NCBI RefSeq assembly: GCF_018350175.1
Contig: NC_058368.1
Coordinates: 233,866,001 to 233,930,000, forward strand
Source of the DNA: Felis catus
Lineage: Eukaryota
Direction: 5' to 3'
DNA length: 64,000 nt
Each line of letters opens with the position of its first letter. Within the stretch, counting starts at the first letter, position 1. The position numbers and the translations under genes were made by a program. The notes under the pieces are model-generated. The model did no database searches and was not told the DNA's origin. It saw nothing but the letters and a program-made list of their open reading frames with translations. Positions 12,361-24,011 of this stretch are shown in pieces.

Positions 12361-14007
12361 TACAGCTTTTGTAAATAGATGAGATAAGACAGCTTCTATA
12401 TATTGTCCCTGTATTGTTTACTTCTACATGATAGACTGGGACCAGTGAGCCCAAAAGCCCTCTGGTGCCAAACTCAAAACGTCACAAGAACAATATTAAA
12501 GTACAACGTGTGAAGTGTTGTTACTAAGCTGGTATTCAGGGAATCTAAATAGATTATTTTCTGATTCTCTAAATCAATACAGGAATAAAGCCTAACCACC
12601 TGAAGGTATTGATATTTGATGGTTCTCCGTGATACGTACTCCCTCTTTAATTCTTTTAAATCATTTATTGTCTTATTCAATTATTAATTAAATTAAATTG
12701 GTAATTAAGACTATTATAACTTCTTTTTTTTTGCTTAGTTATACTTTTGCTAAAAATATAAAAAAAATTTGAAAAGCTACAAAATACCAGTTCAAAATTA
12801 ACCGCTCTAGCGTGCTTAGAATGCAAATTCTTGGTGGACAGGTGTGGGTTTTGCAGATCATTTTATCCGGAACCAGCGAGAGGCCTTAGCTTTACAAACT
12901 GCATGAACGCTTTTCATCATTCTGATATGTGTCCTGCAAATACAGGTCTCTGCCCCGCGGAAATGAAATCTGCCGTGTGAGCGTTGTGACAAAGATCCAT
13001 AACCGAGTGGACAGCGTGTCAGGGACACCTTCTCTGAAGAAGGGAGGGCAGGACTTAAGTGAGTGGCGAAGCAAACGTATCGGGACCAGTAATGTGTGTG
13101 GACGTCCTGGGGCAGGAAAGGGTGGCATGACCTTTAGAGGAGGTGCCGGAGGACCTGAGTGGCAGAAGTCCGCAGGGAAAACAGCAGGACCCCACCCGAG
13201 GATGGGGGGGCGGGAGGGGTGCAGAGAGCAAGGCCACCAGGGGCTGGCAGGCCACGCACAGATTCTCGGTTGTTATTCCACAGGAGCAGTCTGTGTGTTT
13301 TAAGCCTAAGAGAGAAGATCTCATTTGCATTTGAAAGTGATTATTCTGGTTCCGTGTGGAGCCTTAAACTGGAAGGGAAGCAATAACGGGAAGTTATTAG
13401 CTGCTCCAAAAAATCCTTGCAGCTGAGAAAATGTGGACGTTGAGAATAAAATGAAACGTGTTGGAGAGCCAGCGAGCCAGGGGGAAGAAAGCGGTAGCAT
13501 TTGCATGAAATTGGGATCTTTACAGGTCTTGGTTAGGATACCTCCACTGGTGGAATCCGGGCTGTTTTGAGCAGATACGGTGCTATGTGACGGAGATTGT
13601 ACATGCATGGTAAATTCAAGAGCCGTGGTAATGGAATCTTGCTGGGCCTCAGTCACAACCACAGTTGAAAGAAGACGAACTTTGGTTGTTTTTTTTTAAA
13701 TCTCATTTTCCTTGCAGGTGTGGTGCCGGGGAAGGACTTGGCTCCCACGGTATCTACTCGGGAAGCTCCAGCAGGAAGTGGGTCTCTCGGCCCCAGTTTG
13801 ATAAGCTGCTTCTCTGGGCATATCTTCCCTTTCAGGGATCCAGCCGTTTCACCACCCCCATGAACTACCCTCCCCCTCCCCCAACTCATGCCCATCTGGG
13901 CAGAAGAGATCGGTGGGGGGTTCCCAGCAGCTGTGACTTCTCATGCACAGCTATGACAGAAGTTCCATGCCACTGTGAGGTTGTAAACGGCTCTGTGTAG
14001 ATGTGGA

Positions 14008-14216
14008 CAAGGTTTGGTCTCCCAGCCTATTGGCATTCCGGATGAAATCGTTCTGGGCTGTGGGGGTCTGCCCTGTGCCTTGTGGATGGTTAGAAGCATC
14101 CCTGGCCTCTCTCTCCCAGATGCGTTAGCCTCCTCGTTCTTGTGACAATCAGAAATGGTCTCCATCCTTGCCAAAGGCCCCCTGGAAATCGAAATTGTCC
14201 CTGATGAGAACCACCG
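14008..14216 (-). mobile_element. MER20-like hAT-Charlie DNA transposon
   Basis: agcatccctggcctct...ttgtgacaatcagaaatggtctcca...gagaaccaccg matches the reverse complement of the recalled MER20 consensus. Confidence 0.85.
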
Positions 14217-14645
14217 GTTTAGATTTTAAAACTAGATTTTTATTAGTTTTTTTTTCAGTCTTTGTTATGATTGCTGTTAAGAATTTTGAAAAAGGAGACT
14301 GTGTTATGTTCAGTTGTTCAAAATGTACTATGAACTTTCTCTGATCGACTGTTTTAGCTTCGGGATGTAAACAGAGGATCAATGTCAAACGTGTGATACC
14401 ATCATAGGAAAAATTCGAGGTCCCTAAATAAGAAATTTGGTTAACCCAATGGGCTACGCGCATAAGACAAATTTCAAAATAGTCATTGCAAATATTATAA
14501 AGAAAAGACTCGTTGACGTGGGAAAATGCTCCCAATAAATTGCAAACTGAGGAAACAGCAACTACAAGGTGGCTTGTAGAGTATGACCTCAAAAACATGT
14601 TTGTAACTGTGCTTCGATGAGAAAAAAAAACCCTCTCTAAAGGCC

Positions 14646-15037
14646 TGATATACAAGGGAAGCCATCTTAGATTTCTTCCTAAGTCAGCCTGCCTGTACAT
14701 AAGCTTCATTTAAACCCAAACCCTGATTTACAGCTCACCATGCACGCGTTTGTACATCTGCTTTGTGAATGAGTAGCCTGAAGGAAAATGATTCTGTCCT
14801 GAAGATACCCATCAGTGCTCTACTCCCTGCGTTCCTTGATGTTAAAACTCATGATTCTGCCCTATGTGTTAATCTGTGATCGCTTGATCTTTTACAAGAT
14901 GTAAAAAAAAAAGTATATAACCCCGTAAAACCTGTTCATTCTCCGGAACGCTTTCTTCCCCCGCGAAGAGGTAGAGACAGCTGTCCCGTCTTTCCTTCTT
15001 TTAGAGATTCAAGAAAGTGTGTTCATTTGTGTCCACA
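14646..15037 (+). mobile_element. Possible ERV solo LTR
   Basis: About 390 bp bounded by TG...CA, with TATA box tatataa at 14914-14920. No clean TSD or AATAAA seen. Confidence 0.4.
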
Positions 15038-15132
15038 GCTTGTATCCTGTCCAAAGCTACATACCACAATGTTAAGAGAGATTATCTTTGGATGGTGGCA
15101 TTACATAGGATTTCTGTTTTATATTTATATTT

Positions 15133-15339
15133 AAATTTTTAAAATCTTTATTTATTTTTGAGAGAGAGACAGAATGTGAGCAGGGGAGGGGCAGAGAGAG
15201 GGAGACACAGAATCCGAAGCAGGACCCAGGCTCTGAGCTGTCAACACAGAGCCCGACACGGAGCTCGAACTCACAAACCTTGAGATCATGACCTGAGCCA
15301 AAGTCAAATGCTTAACCCATGGAGCCACCCAGGCACCCC
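15133..15339 (-). mobile_element. Can-SINE
   Basis: TSD tatatttatattt at 15120-15132 and 15340-15352. Confidence 0.96.
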
Positions 15340-15421
15340 TATATTTATATTTTATATTTCCTTTATATTATATATATTTTTTCTTTATATTTCTCTATGT
15401 TCCCCGACTTTCTTGCATTAG

Positions 15422-15601
15422 AAGCTTAAATACAGAGAACAAACTGAGGGTTGCTGGTGGGGTGTTGGCTGGGGGGATGGGTTAAATGGGTGATGGGCAA
15501 TGAGGAGGGCACTTGTTAGGATGAGCACTGGGTGTTGTATGTAAGTGATGAATCACTAAATTCTATTCCTGAAATCGTTATTAAAATTTTTTTAAAGTAT
15601 A
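15422..15601 (+). mobile_element. Severely 5'-truncated carnivore L1 3'UTR
   Basis: acagagaacaaactgagggttg...gatgagcactgggtgttgtatgtaagtgatgaatcactaaattc. Flanked by ttgcattag at 15413-15421 and 15602-15610. Confidence 0.9.
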
Positions 15602-15830
15602 TTGCATTAGTAATGAAAGAAGAAGCAAACCATAAATGTTGTTCTTTAAAGTTATCACATTTGTAGAACTTTCTTATCTGGTATTCAATATCTACTTCTG
15701 AAATCATATGACTGAAATCACCATTATTCCTACAAACTACATTTGACCTGCACAGTTGAAAGGGTTTTTCACTGTGGTAAAGACACACAACAACCTAATC
15801 ATACCAATAACTCAAAAGTAATAATTTTAA

Positions 15831-15881
15831 AATTCTTTTTTTAAGTTTATTTAGAGAGAGACAGAGAGAGAGTGGGGGATG

Positions 15882-15915
<34 letters not shown>

Positions 15916-16040
15916 CCCAAGCAGGCTCCACACTGTCAGTGCTAAACCCGACATGGACTTGAACTCACCAACCATGAGATTGTGACCTGAGCCGAAATCG
16001 AGAGTCAGAGGCTTCACTGACTGAGCCACCCAGGTACTCC
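15831..16040 (-). mobile_element. Can-SINE
   Basis: (GA)n tract and gaatcccaagcaggctcc body. TSD caaaagtaataattt. Confidence 0.95.
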
Positions 16041-16929
16041 ACAAAAGTAATAATTTAAAGTAAAGAGAACTTTTGAGTCTTAGCTTTTATATCATAGAAC
16101 TACCATCTGTATATATGAAGGGGAAAAACAACTACTAAATTGACCAGGAAAAAAACCTGGCTCTTTTCCCTGCCTATGAAAGCAACTGATAATTACAGGG
16201 AAAGACACATTAAAATACAGAGAGAAATGGACAAGTCTTGACAGTATCATTTCCAGACAATGGTATTTTGCAATATATCTTATTTTCCTGCTTTGCTAGT
16301 GTTGCTTGAATGTTCTGTTTACAGACGAGGTTTTGTCTGAGGACGTTCAATAACAATGACAAAATGGACTATTTGCTACAAAGGAAAGAGACACCATGAT
16401 ATCTCTAAAAATAACATAAGCAGAGCTTATTTGAGATGTTTGTTCTCATTTTACAGCATTCAAGTTGCATCAAAAATATATCCTGTTGTTTGATAAGTTT
16501 ATGCTATTAAAATACATTACTATCACACCAATCCCATGACCATGACACTTATAATTAACAATATTGTGTTTTCTTCTGAGAATTTTGACGTCTTTTTGCA
16601 GTGGTTTGAACAGTGTAAAAATTCTAAATATGCCCGGAGAGGTTTACTTCTGGTTTCTTCCAATACATTCCAGAATAGATAGATATCATTCTGCTGATAG
16701 AAACAGAAATTTTCTCAAAGTGCCATTTAAAAACCCTAAAGGTTGGCATTCGAAAGAGATTAGCTAATCTGCTCTGCTCAGCTAAGGTATTGCAGAAATC
16801 AGTAAGATAACAGCCTATTACAGTTTTATGTGAAAGGGTTTCTATTTTTGGCTAGAGAGTATGATATTGTGACTGGCCATTTTTCCCACCATGGTTGAAA
16901 GGAAACACATACATTGCCAATGTCCTATA

Positions 16930-17830
16930 ACCACATCTTCAGGACACTTACAGGATTGGAATCCCAGAAAAAGAGACCAGGAAGAGTGGGGCCGAAGTGG
17001 TATTTGAAGAGATAAAGACGAGAGTTATAGAAAACTGTTGAAAGGCTTCAATGCCTGTATTTGAGGATCTCAGAAAAACCCAGGGAAAGTGAATGCGGGG
17101 GAAACTTCCACAAGGCACGTTCTGGACAAGCGGATAAAAGGCAAAACTAAAGGGAAAACCTTAAAAGGAGTTAGAGGAGCATCTACATCACTCCCAGGGA
17201 AACAAGAATCAGAAGGACGGATACCTTTTCTACATAGGAGACTGTGGAGATCAGAAAGCAGCTTTAAAGCTTAAGAAAAAAGCCTCTACGCTTCTGTCCC
17301 TTGAGCAAGTATCCTCAGACGTGAATCAGGTGAAGTAAAGACACTACCAGAGACGTCAAAGCTGAGAGACGTGGTCACCAGCAGGCTGACACTGTAAGGA
17401 ACAGTAAAAGAGATCCTCCTAGCACCATGCACGATACAGAAGCCCAGGATCTCAGAAAGGAAAAAGGAACACAAGAACATGTAAACACGTCTCCATAAAA
17501 GTAAGAAAATGTATTATAGCTAGAATAACAACAGTATGACTCTGAGATTTAAAACACACGTAAAAATCATATATATATAACACTGCTTATCCTAAGTGCA
17601 TGAGACGTTGTTTAAATTGCTGTGAGGTCTTTCCATTGTCATTAAAAGATAAAATAGTAGCTCACTAAAGTCATGATGATGTAGAGTCACTACATTGTAC
17701 ACCTGAAACTAATATAACATCGTATGTCAATTACACTCAAAAGCATTTGGAAAAAGACAAAGAGAAAAGGAAGACAGGAGGAGTTAAGAGTGAATATCGT
17801 CACCTCTAAGGTATCCATTAAAATAACAAT
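16930..17830 (+). mobile_element. Old L1 ORF1/inter-ORF relic containing a short L1 3' tail insert (about 17670-17740)
   Basis: attggaatcccagaa...tatttgaagagataa resembles L1 ORF1 (IGIPE...IFEEI). cattgtacacctgaaactaatataaca is an L1 3' terminus. Confidence 0.7.
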
Positions 17831-17835
17831 GCAAA

Positions 17836-18030
17836 GGGGGCACCTGGGTGGCTCAGTCGGTTAAGCCTCTGACTCTTGATTTCAGCTCAGGTCATGATCT
17901 CATGGTTTGGGAGATCAAGCCCTGTGTCAGGCTCTGTGCTGACAGCGCGGAACCTGCTTGGGATTCTCTCTCTCCCTGTCTTTCTCTCTCTGCTCCTCCC
18001 CACCGTCAAAAATAAAATAGACATTAAACA
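17836..18030 (+). mobile_element. Can-SINE
   Basis: gggggcacctgggtggctcagtcggttaag head, CT tract, aataaa tail. Confidence 0.95.
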
Positions 18031-18089
18031 TTGTTAAAAACAAAAGCTGAAAAAAACTTTATTGATTACCAACATTAATTAATTACTTG

Positions 18090-20110
18090 AAGCCTGGAGG
18101 TTCAGGTCCTGTAATTTTCTTCTTTTCTCCGCGTTAGTTACAACTTTACTAAGTGCTTGTGTTTCCGTATGGATTTTCTAGTCAGCTTGATATTTTCCAC
18201 AATAAACCTGTTGGAAGTTTGATAGGGATGGTGACGAATCTACAGAATAACTGTGGAGAAGAGACATCTTCATCACGGTGGGTGAGTCTGTTACATAAAT
18301 GAGCCAAAAATGACCTCTGGGTACGGGCCCCTGGGTTGTTTATTTCTTCCCTGCAGGCTGAGACCTGTTAGCTCAAAAACCCTCCGGCACCAAACTCAAA
18401 ATTTCACACAGCCTATTATTTTTAAAATAGCCCAAGCAAGCCTCTAGGTTGTTTATTTTCTTCGCTGCAGGCTGAGACCTGTTAGCTCAAAAGCCCGCCA
18501 GCACCAAACTCAAAAGTTTACACAGCCTATTTAAAAAGAGACCCAAATGGCAAAGAAGCCACTTAGAGCCTGTCTGCTTTGCATATGGAATAAAACCTGG
18601 CCAGCATCTGTTGGCCATTGAGGAGAAGAGTCTCCTGCTTGTCAGACCCCAAGCAACTAGGACCCTTCTGAGCTCTCTGACCCAGAGCTCTCTGACCCAA
18701 CACATCCCTACTGTGTTGCTGGGTGACATCATCTAGAGGAGTAAGCTGGTCCCTTATCCTCCAGGCTGATGTCCCGCCCCATCTGAATGGTGGTTCTTGC
18801 GACATTAAGCCTGAGGATGGCTCCAGGAAGCCCTGCCCGGCAGGGCACAGTAAAAAAAACACACTTGCTGTGTGTTATTGCCTGCCACGGTCACTTGCTT
18901 TTCCTTCCTCAGCTCTGGGAACTCCAGCAGAATGCCCTCCTGCCTGAGCTGGATCTCTCCTACTTAGAATTTCCTTACCTTCTGTCAACAACACATGGTA
19001 GTCTTCACAGGACTAGTCTTAAACTACTTTTCTCAGATTTATGCCCAGGCATTTTGTACTTGTGACACAACTGTAAATGGTATTTTTAATTTAATTTCTA
19101 TTTTTTGTTGCTAGTATATAGAAATACTATTGTTTTTTGTGCATTCATTGTTTTCTAGTCTGCTGCCTTGCTGAATTCACATAGTAGTTCTAGTAACTTT
19201 ACCTGTAGCTTCCATAAGATTTTCCACACTTTCTAAATGTTAGGTAGATTTCACTTGTGAAGCCACCAGAGTTAGGATTTGGGGGGGGGGGCATGGTTTC
19301 AAAGACAAATTCGATTTCTTCAAAAGATATAAAGCTGTTCAGAGTACTTTTTCTTCTCAAGTAAATTTCTGAAGTTTATCTTCCAAGAAATTTGCTTATT
19401 TTATCTAAGTCGATGAAGTTATAAGCTTAAGGTGTTCATTCTTTTGTTTTCCATGTCTGTAGAACCTGTTATGATGTCAACTTCCTGGTTTCTGCTATTG
19501 GTCATTTGTTTTTGCATTCTCTCTGTCTCTTTCCTTTTCTCTCCTCCTCCTCATCTGTCTGGTTAGAGGTTGATCAACTTTATTAATCTTTTCAAAGAAC
19601 CACCTTTGGTTTCATTTGATTTTTTTCTGGATTTTTCCCCCATTTCGTTGATTTTCACTTCCATCTACATTAGTCAGCTAGCTCACATTCAATTTGTTCT
19701 TCTACTTTCTTAAGGTGGAAGCTGAGATTATTGATTCGCGACCTTATTTTTCTTCTAATGCTACTTTAGTGGCATCCCACAGATTTTGGCATACTACATT
19801 TTTCTTTTCATTCAGACTAAAATACTTTCCAATTTCCCTTTTGACTTTTTTGAACTACCTTAGAATATGTTATTGGGATTTTAAATATGTTCAAAAAAAG
19901 TCCTTCCATCCTTATGTTATTAATTTATTTCTATTGTGGTCAAAGAACATATTTTATGTGACGTTGATCTTATAAAATTTATTGAGACTTGATTTATAGT
20001 CAGTAATATGGCCTACCTTTTTAAGTTCTCATGTTCAATTGAGCAGAGTGTGTATTCTGTTGTGTTCTTATTGTTCTATGGAAATTAATTAGGTCTAGTT
20101 GGTTTATAGT
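18090..20110 (-). mobile_element. Old L1 ORF2 relic split by an LTR
   Basis: Antisense L1 motifs (gttttgatagggatgg...aatctacagaataa; ttttcaaagaaccacctttggtttcatt) on both sides of 18289-18929. Confidence 0.8.
18289..18929 (+). mobile_element. Ancient ERV solo LTR (MER77-like) with internal tandem duplication of about 113 bp
   Basis: Begins tgttacataaatgagccaaaaatgacctctg and ends gaactccagca. L1 sequence resumes directly after. Family name from memory only. Confidence 0.75.
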
Positions 20111-20199
20111 CTTTCTCCAAAACTATCATGAAAAGAATGTAAAATTGTATATTCCTATGTCCACGCTGCTTCTTTAATTTAAAAAACGTTTAGAAAGAA

Positions 20200-21450
20200 A
20201 ATATGAACCAATTTCCAACTTATTTCGTAATGCAAAATTAACCTTCCTAGCAAAATCTGACAAGAACATTACAAGTAAAGAACATTATAGATCAATATCT
20301 TGGGAACAGATGCAAAAATTTTTAATAAAGTGTTAACAAACCAAATCTAAGGATAAACTAAATGGGTAACACTTCAGGATCAAGCAAGGTTTATTCTATG
20401 AATAGCAGGTTGGTTTCACATTTGAAATCTAATCAGTGTAATTCACCCCATGGACAGACAAAGGAGATGATCTGTAAATTAATCTCAATAGATATAGAAA
20501 AATAAGTTGATTGAATTTAATATCTAATTATAATAAAAGCTCTCAGAAAAAAAGGCAGAGAGAGAGAGAAAGAGAGAGAGAGAATCCCAAGCAGGTGCCT
20601 GCTCAGCATGTAGCCCATTGCATGGCTCAATCCCCCAACCATGAGATCATGACCTGAGCTGAAATCAAGATTTGGTCACTCAACCAACTGAGCCACCCAG
20701 GCGCCCCCCAAAATATAAATATTTTAAACATCAGACAATATTTTCAGCAGTATCAAAAAATTCAAAAGCTTAATTTTAACAAAAATTTGCCAGATCTATT
20801 TCCTGGAAACCACAGAATAAAGGATATCTACACACGTGATGGAATAAATCAATAAAGAAAAAGAAAAAAGTGTTTGGCTTCAATACTCAGTAGGGAAATG
20901 CAAACTCAAGTCACAGGGTCACAACCCCACACCCCAGAAGGCCACGATCGCAAAGACAAGCGTTGGCAAGGATATGGCGGACATGAGTCCCACTAATGCC
21001 CTTGGAAGTGGGAAATACCCAAGCTCTTTGGAAAACCCCATCTGGCAGTTTCCATTAATAATGATATTAACATTCATTGACCTAGAAATTCTACTCTTAA
21101 ATATACATATGAATGTAAGTATATTCTAAAAGACATTTACTGAAATGTTCATGGCAGCTCTTACATATCAGTCAAAAAGTGGAAAACCCTGATATAATTC
21201 CCCAACGGGAGAGTGGAAAAAATTAATCCACAATGGAATATTACATAATGAAAAAATATTAACTACTGGTAAGTGAAAAATATGGAAATTTCTCAAATAT
21301 ATTACTTGAGTGAAAACATCACATGTATAACATCGCATACTCAACGATTCCATTTATATGAAGCAAAAGCAAAACAAAGCAAACAAAATCAATGCAAGAC
21401 AAAAACTCAGAGAGAATTGGTGTTTACAGGAGTCAGAATGGCAGTTACCC
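20200..21450 (+). mobile_element. Old L1 ORF2 RT region through 3' end
   Basis: caaaatctgacaagaacattacaagtaaagaacattatagatcaatatc...gatgcaaaaatttttaataaa corresponds to L1 RT KPDKD...YRPISL...DAKILNK. Confidence 0.85.
20548..20709 (-). mobile_element. Can-SINE (tail missing) inside L1
   Basis: gagatcatgacctgagctgaaatcaag...actgagccacccaggcgcccc. Confidence 0.9.
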
Positions 21451-21745
21451 TTGGGAGTATGGCATTGAAAAAGTGCCAAATTTCTTCATCCTCAAAGTTA
21501 CAGTGTCCTGTGGATGTCATTCATGTCTCATGAAAACTTTACAAAATAATTTTTTTTTTAATTTGGAGATATTTTTTAAAATCCGGAATTGTATAAAGAC
21601 AACAAAAATTTGTTGAACAAACAGATCTTCAAAGTAAAATACAATTTATAACAATAGCCAATCTGACACTTTTAACACAATGAAGAGGTCACTGCAGGGT
21701 GGGCAGAAGCTGACCTCTCTTCCCTAAAAGTGTCAGAAACGCTTT

Positions 21746-21957
21746 GGGGCGTCTGGGGGGCTCAGTCGGTTAAGCTTTCGACTTTGGCTCAGGTCGTGAT
21801 CTCACAGTTCGTGGGTTCAAGCCCTGCATCAGGCTCTGTGCTGGCAGTTCAGAGCCTAGGGCCTGCTTTGGATTGTGTCTCCCTCTCTCTCTGTCCCTCT
21901 CCTGCTCATGCTCTGTCTCTCAAAAATAAATAAACGTTAAAAAAGAAATTTAAAAAA
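21746..21957 (+). mobile_element. Can-SINE
   Basis: Full body. Degenerate TSD aaaagtgtcagaaacgctt / aaaagtctcaggaactctt. Confidence 0.95.
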
Positions 21958-21976
21958 AGTCTCAGGAACTCTTCAA

Positions 21977-22280
21977 CCAGCGTGCCCATTGGGAAGAAAA
22001 CATGAACCGTGGTTGTAATTTCACATTTTCTAGTAACCACATTCGGAAACAAAAGAATCAGTAAAATTAATACCAATAATATATTTTTGGCCCAATACAT
22101 CTAAAATATTACCATTTCCACATACAATCAAAATTTTAAAATGAATAGGGTATCAATTGCTTTCTTCACACTAAGTCTCTGAAGTCTGGTGTGGATTTTA
22201 CACACAGCACATCTCAGTTTGGACCAGGCGTATTTCAAGGGCCCCATCAACGTTATTGGCTAGTGGGGACCATGCAGCAT
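21977..22280 (+). mobile_element. MER33-like hAT-Charlie DNA transposon
   Basis: attttctagtaaccacatt...cactaagtctctgaagtctggtgtggattttacacacagcacatctcagtttggac resembles the recalled MER33 consensus. Confidence 0.85.
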
Positions 22281-22346
22281 TACCCAAGAGAGGGAAGGAA
22301 GTTCACATCTTAGTTTCATGTTTATTTCTTACTATTTTTCTTTGCT

Positions 22347-22512
22347 GGGGGTGGGGGTGTGGGAGGCGAGCGGGGGCGGGAAGCACAGAACCCAAGCGTC
22401 TTTGTACGTGTGAATCAACAGCGTCTTCTTCCTGATGTCATCACACTTTGCATGAGCTTTGAACCTGTGTCTGCTTCTCGATCTTGTCCACACTCAGAAA
22501 ATCCAGGTAAGT
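22347..22512 (+). promoter_or_regulatory. Candidate promoter with first-exon donor
   Basis: GT/GC boxes at 22347-22380, AP-1-like tgaatca 22411, CRE-like tgatgtca 22433, and a perfect donor CAG|gtaagt at 22506/22507. Confidence 0.4.
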
Positions 22513-23387
22513 GATGCCTGTGGCATCTACCTTTCATGTCAGCAGGATGACTCTTCCAAGAAAACATGGGATTTCTTTGTCATGAGCCCTTTTAAGGTGC
22601 CATGCCAAGTTTTGTCATTTTAATCAAACCTTCTGGAATTGATTGTGGGAAGTCTTGTTTCTGGTTTCTAGTTGGCAGGAGTCTGGGATTTTTCTCCACT
22701 AAATTGCCGGCCCATACTTCCTCCTCTCCAGCACTGCAGAACTCCACATTCCCTGTGGTTTCTGAAGAATGGAAGCTTCTGAGTTCACATGCGCATCTTT
22801 CAGTCACGCAGAGAAGGGAGGGAACTTCATTCCTCCTGCCCCAGGACTTCTTGCCCCTTAGCCTTATTTGCCCTGTTCTGTTGTGCTCCTTGATGGAAAG
22901 GATGAGGAAATACGGCCGCTGGTTGCTACATAGTTCTACCTTCCCTCCTCTCATCTGCTGAAATTAAATCATCATCTGCCACAAACCGTGCTTTCCCTCC
23001 CATTTTCCTCTTATTTTGCCCCAGATACAGAGAGAAACTAGGCTTCTTACGTTAATATGTTCCACAAAGCCTTTTATCATGTTGAGAATTAACCTTCCTG
23101 GAAGACGGGTTGTAATCCTCTATCCTGGCTCATGCATCCAGATGGCTTCTGTAATCTTTGTTATTTCTTCTGTGAAAGTGGGATCTGAGCAGACGTCTCG
23201 AAGTCGGGCCTGCTTCGTGTGAAACAAAAATTAAGCAGCCACAAGTCTTTGCTCAATAACATGATGGATTCAAACTGAACTGGTAAAAATCAAATAGCTT
23301 ACTTTTTAGAGGCAGAATATTGTGGGTTTCATAGACCTCCCTTTAACTTGTATTATTGTTATTATAATTATTGAAAACACTGTGTTT

Positions 23388-23605
23388 GGGGCACTTGGGT
23401 GGCTCAGTCGGGTAAGCATCTAACTCTTGCTTTCGACTCAGGTCAGGATCTCACGGTTTGTGAAATCGAGCCCTGTGTTAGGCTGTACACTATCAAGGCC
23501 GTATCCGCTTGGGATTCTCTCTCTCCCTGTCTCTCTGCCCCTCTTCCGCACTCTCTCTCTCTCTCTCTCTCTCTCCCTCAAATAAATAAATACACATTAA
23601 AAAAA
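23388..23605 (+). mobile_element. Can-SINE
   Basis: Full body. TSD cactgtgttt on both sides. Confidence 0.95.
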
Positions 23606-23790
23606 TTCCCACTGTGTTTGCTAGGACATACACTCTGATATAGTTCTAACCTATGCCAGAAGACTTGAAAAAATTAAGCCCTCCTACTTGTTGGGAGGAG
23701 CTCCGGACAGACAAGGTTGGGTCTCTTGACCCAAGTGCCGAAGGAGACCAAATTCTAAGCAGTAAAGCCTTTTAAAAAGACTTCATTTTT

Positions 23791-24011
23791 GGGGGCGCCT
23801 GGGTGGCTCAGTCGGTTGAGCGTCCGACTTCAGCTCAGGTCACGATCTCACGGTCCGGGGGTTCGAGCCCCGCGTCGGGCTCTGGGCTGACGGCTCGGAG
23901 CCCGGAGCCTGCTTCCGATTCTGTGTCTCCCTCTCTCTCTGCCCCTCCCCCGTTCATGCTCTGTCTCTCTCTGTCTCAAAAATAAATAAACATTAAAAAA
24001 CATTTTTTTTA
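23791..24011 (+). mobile_element. Young Can-SINE (SINEC_Fc-like)
   Basis: CpG-rich intact body. Perfect TSD aaaaagacttcatttt at 23774-23789 and 24012-24027. Confidence 0.98.

Noticed and set aside
14149..14709. 186-aa minus-strand ORF
   Set aside because: It begins in the LTR-like element and ends in MER20, with no recognisable homology.
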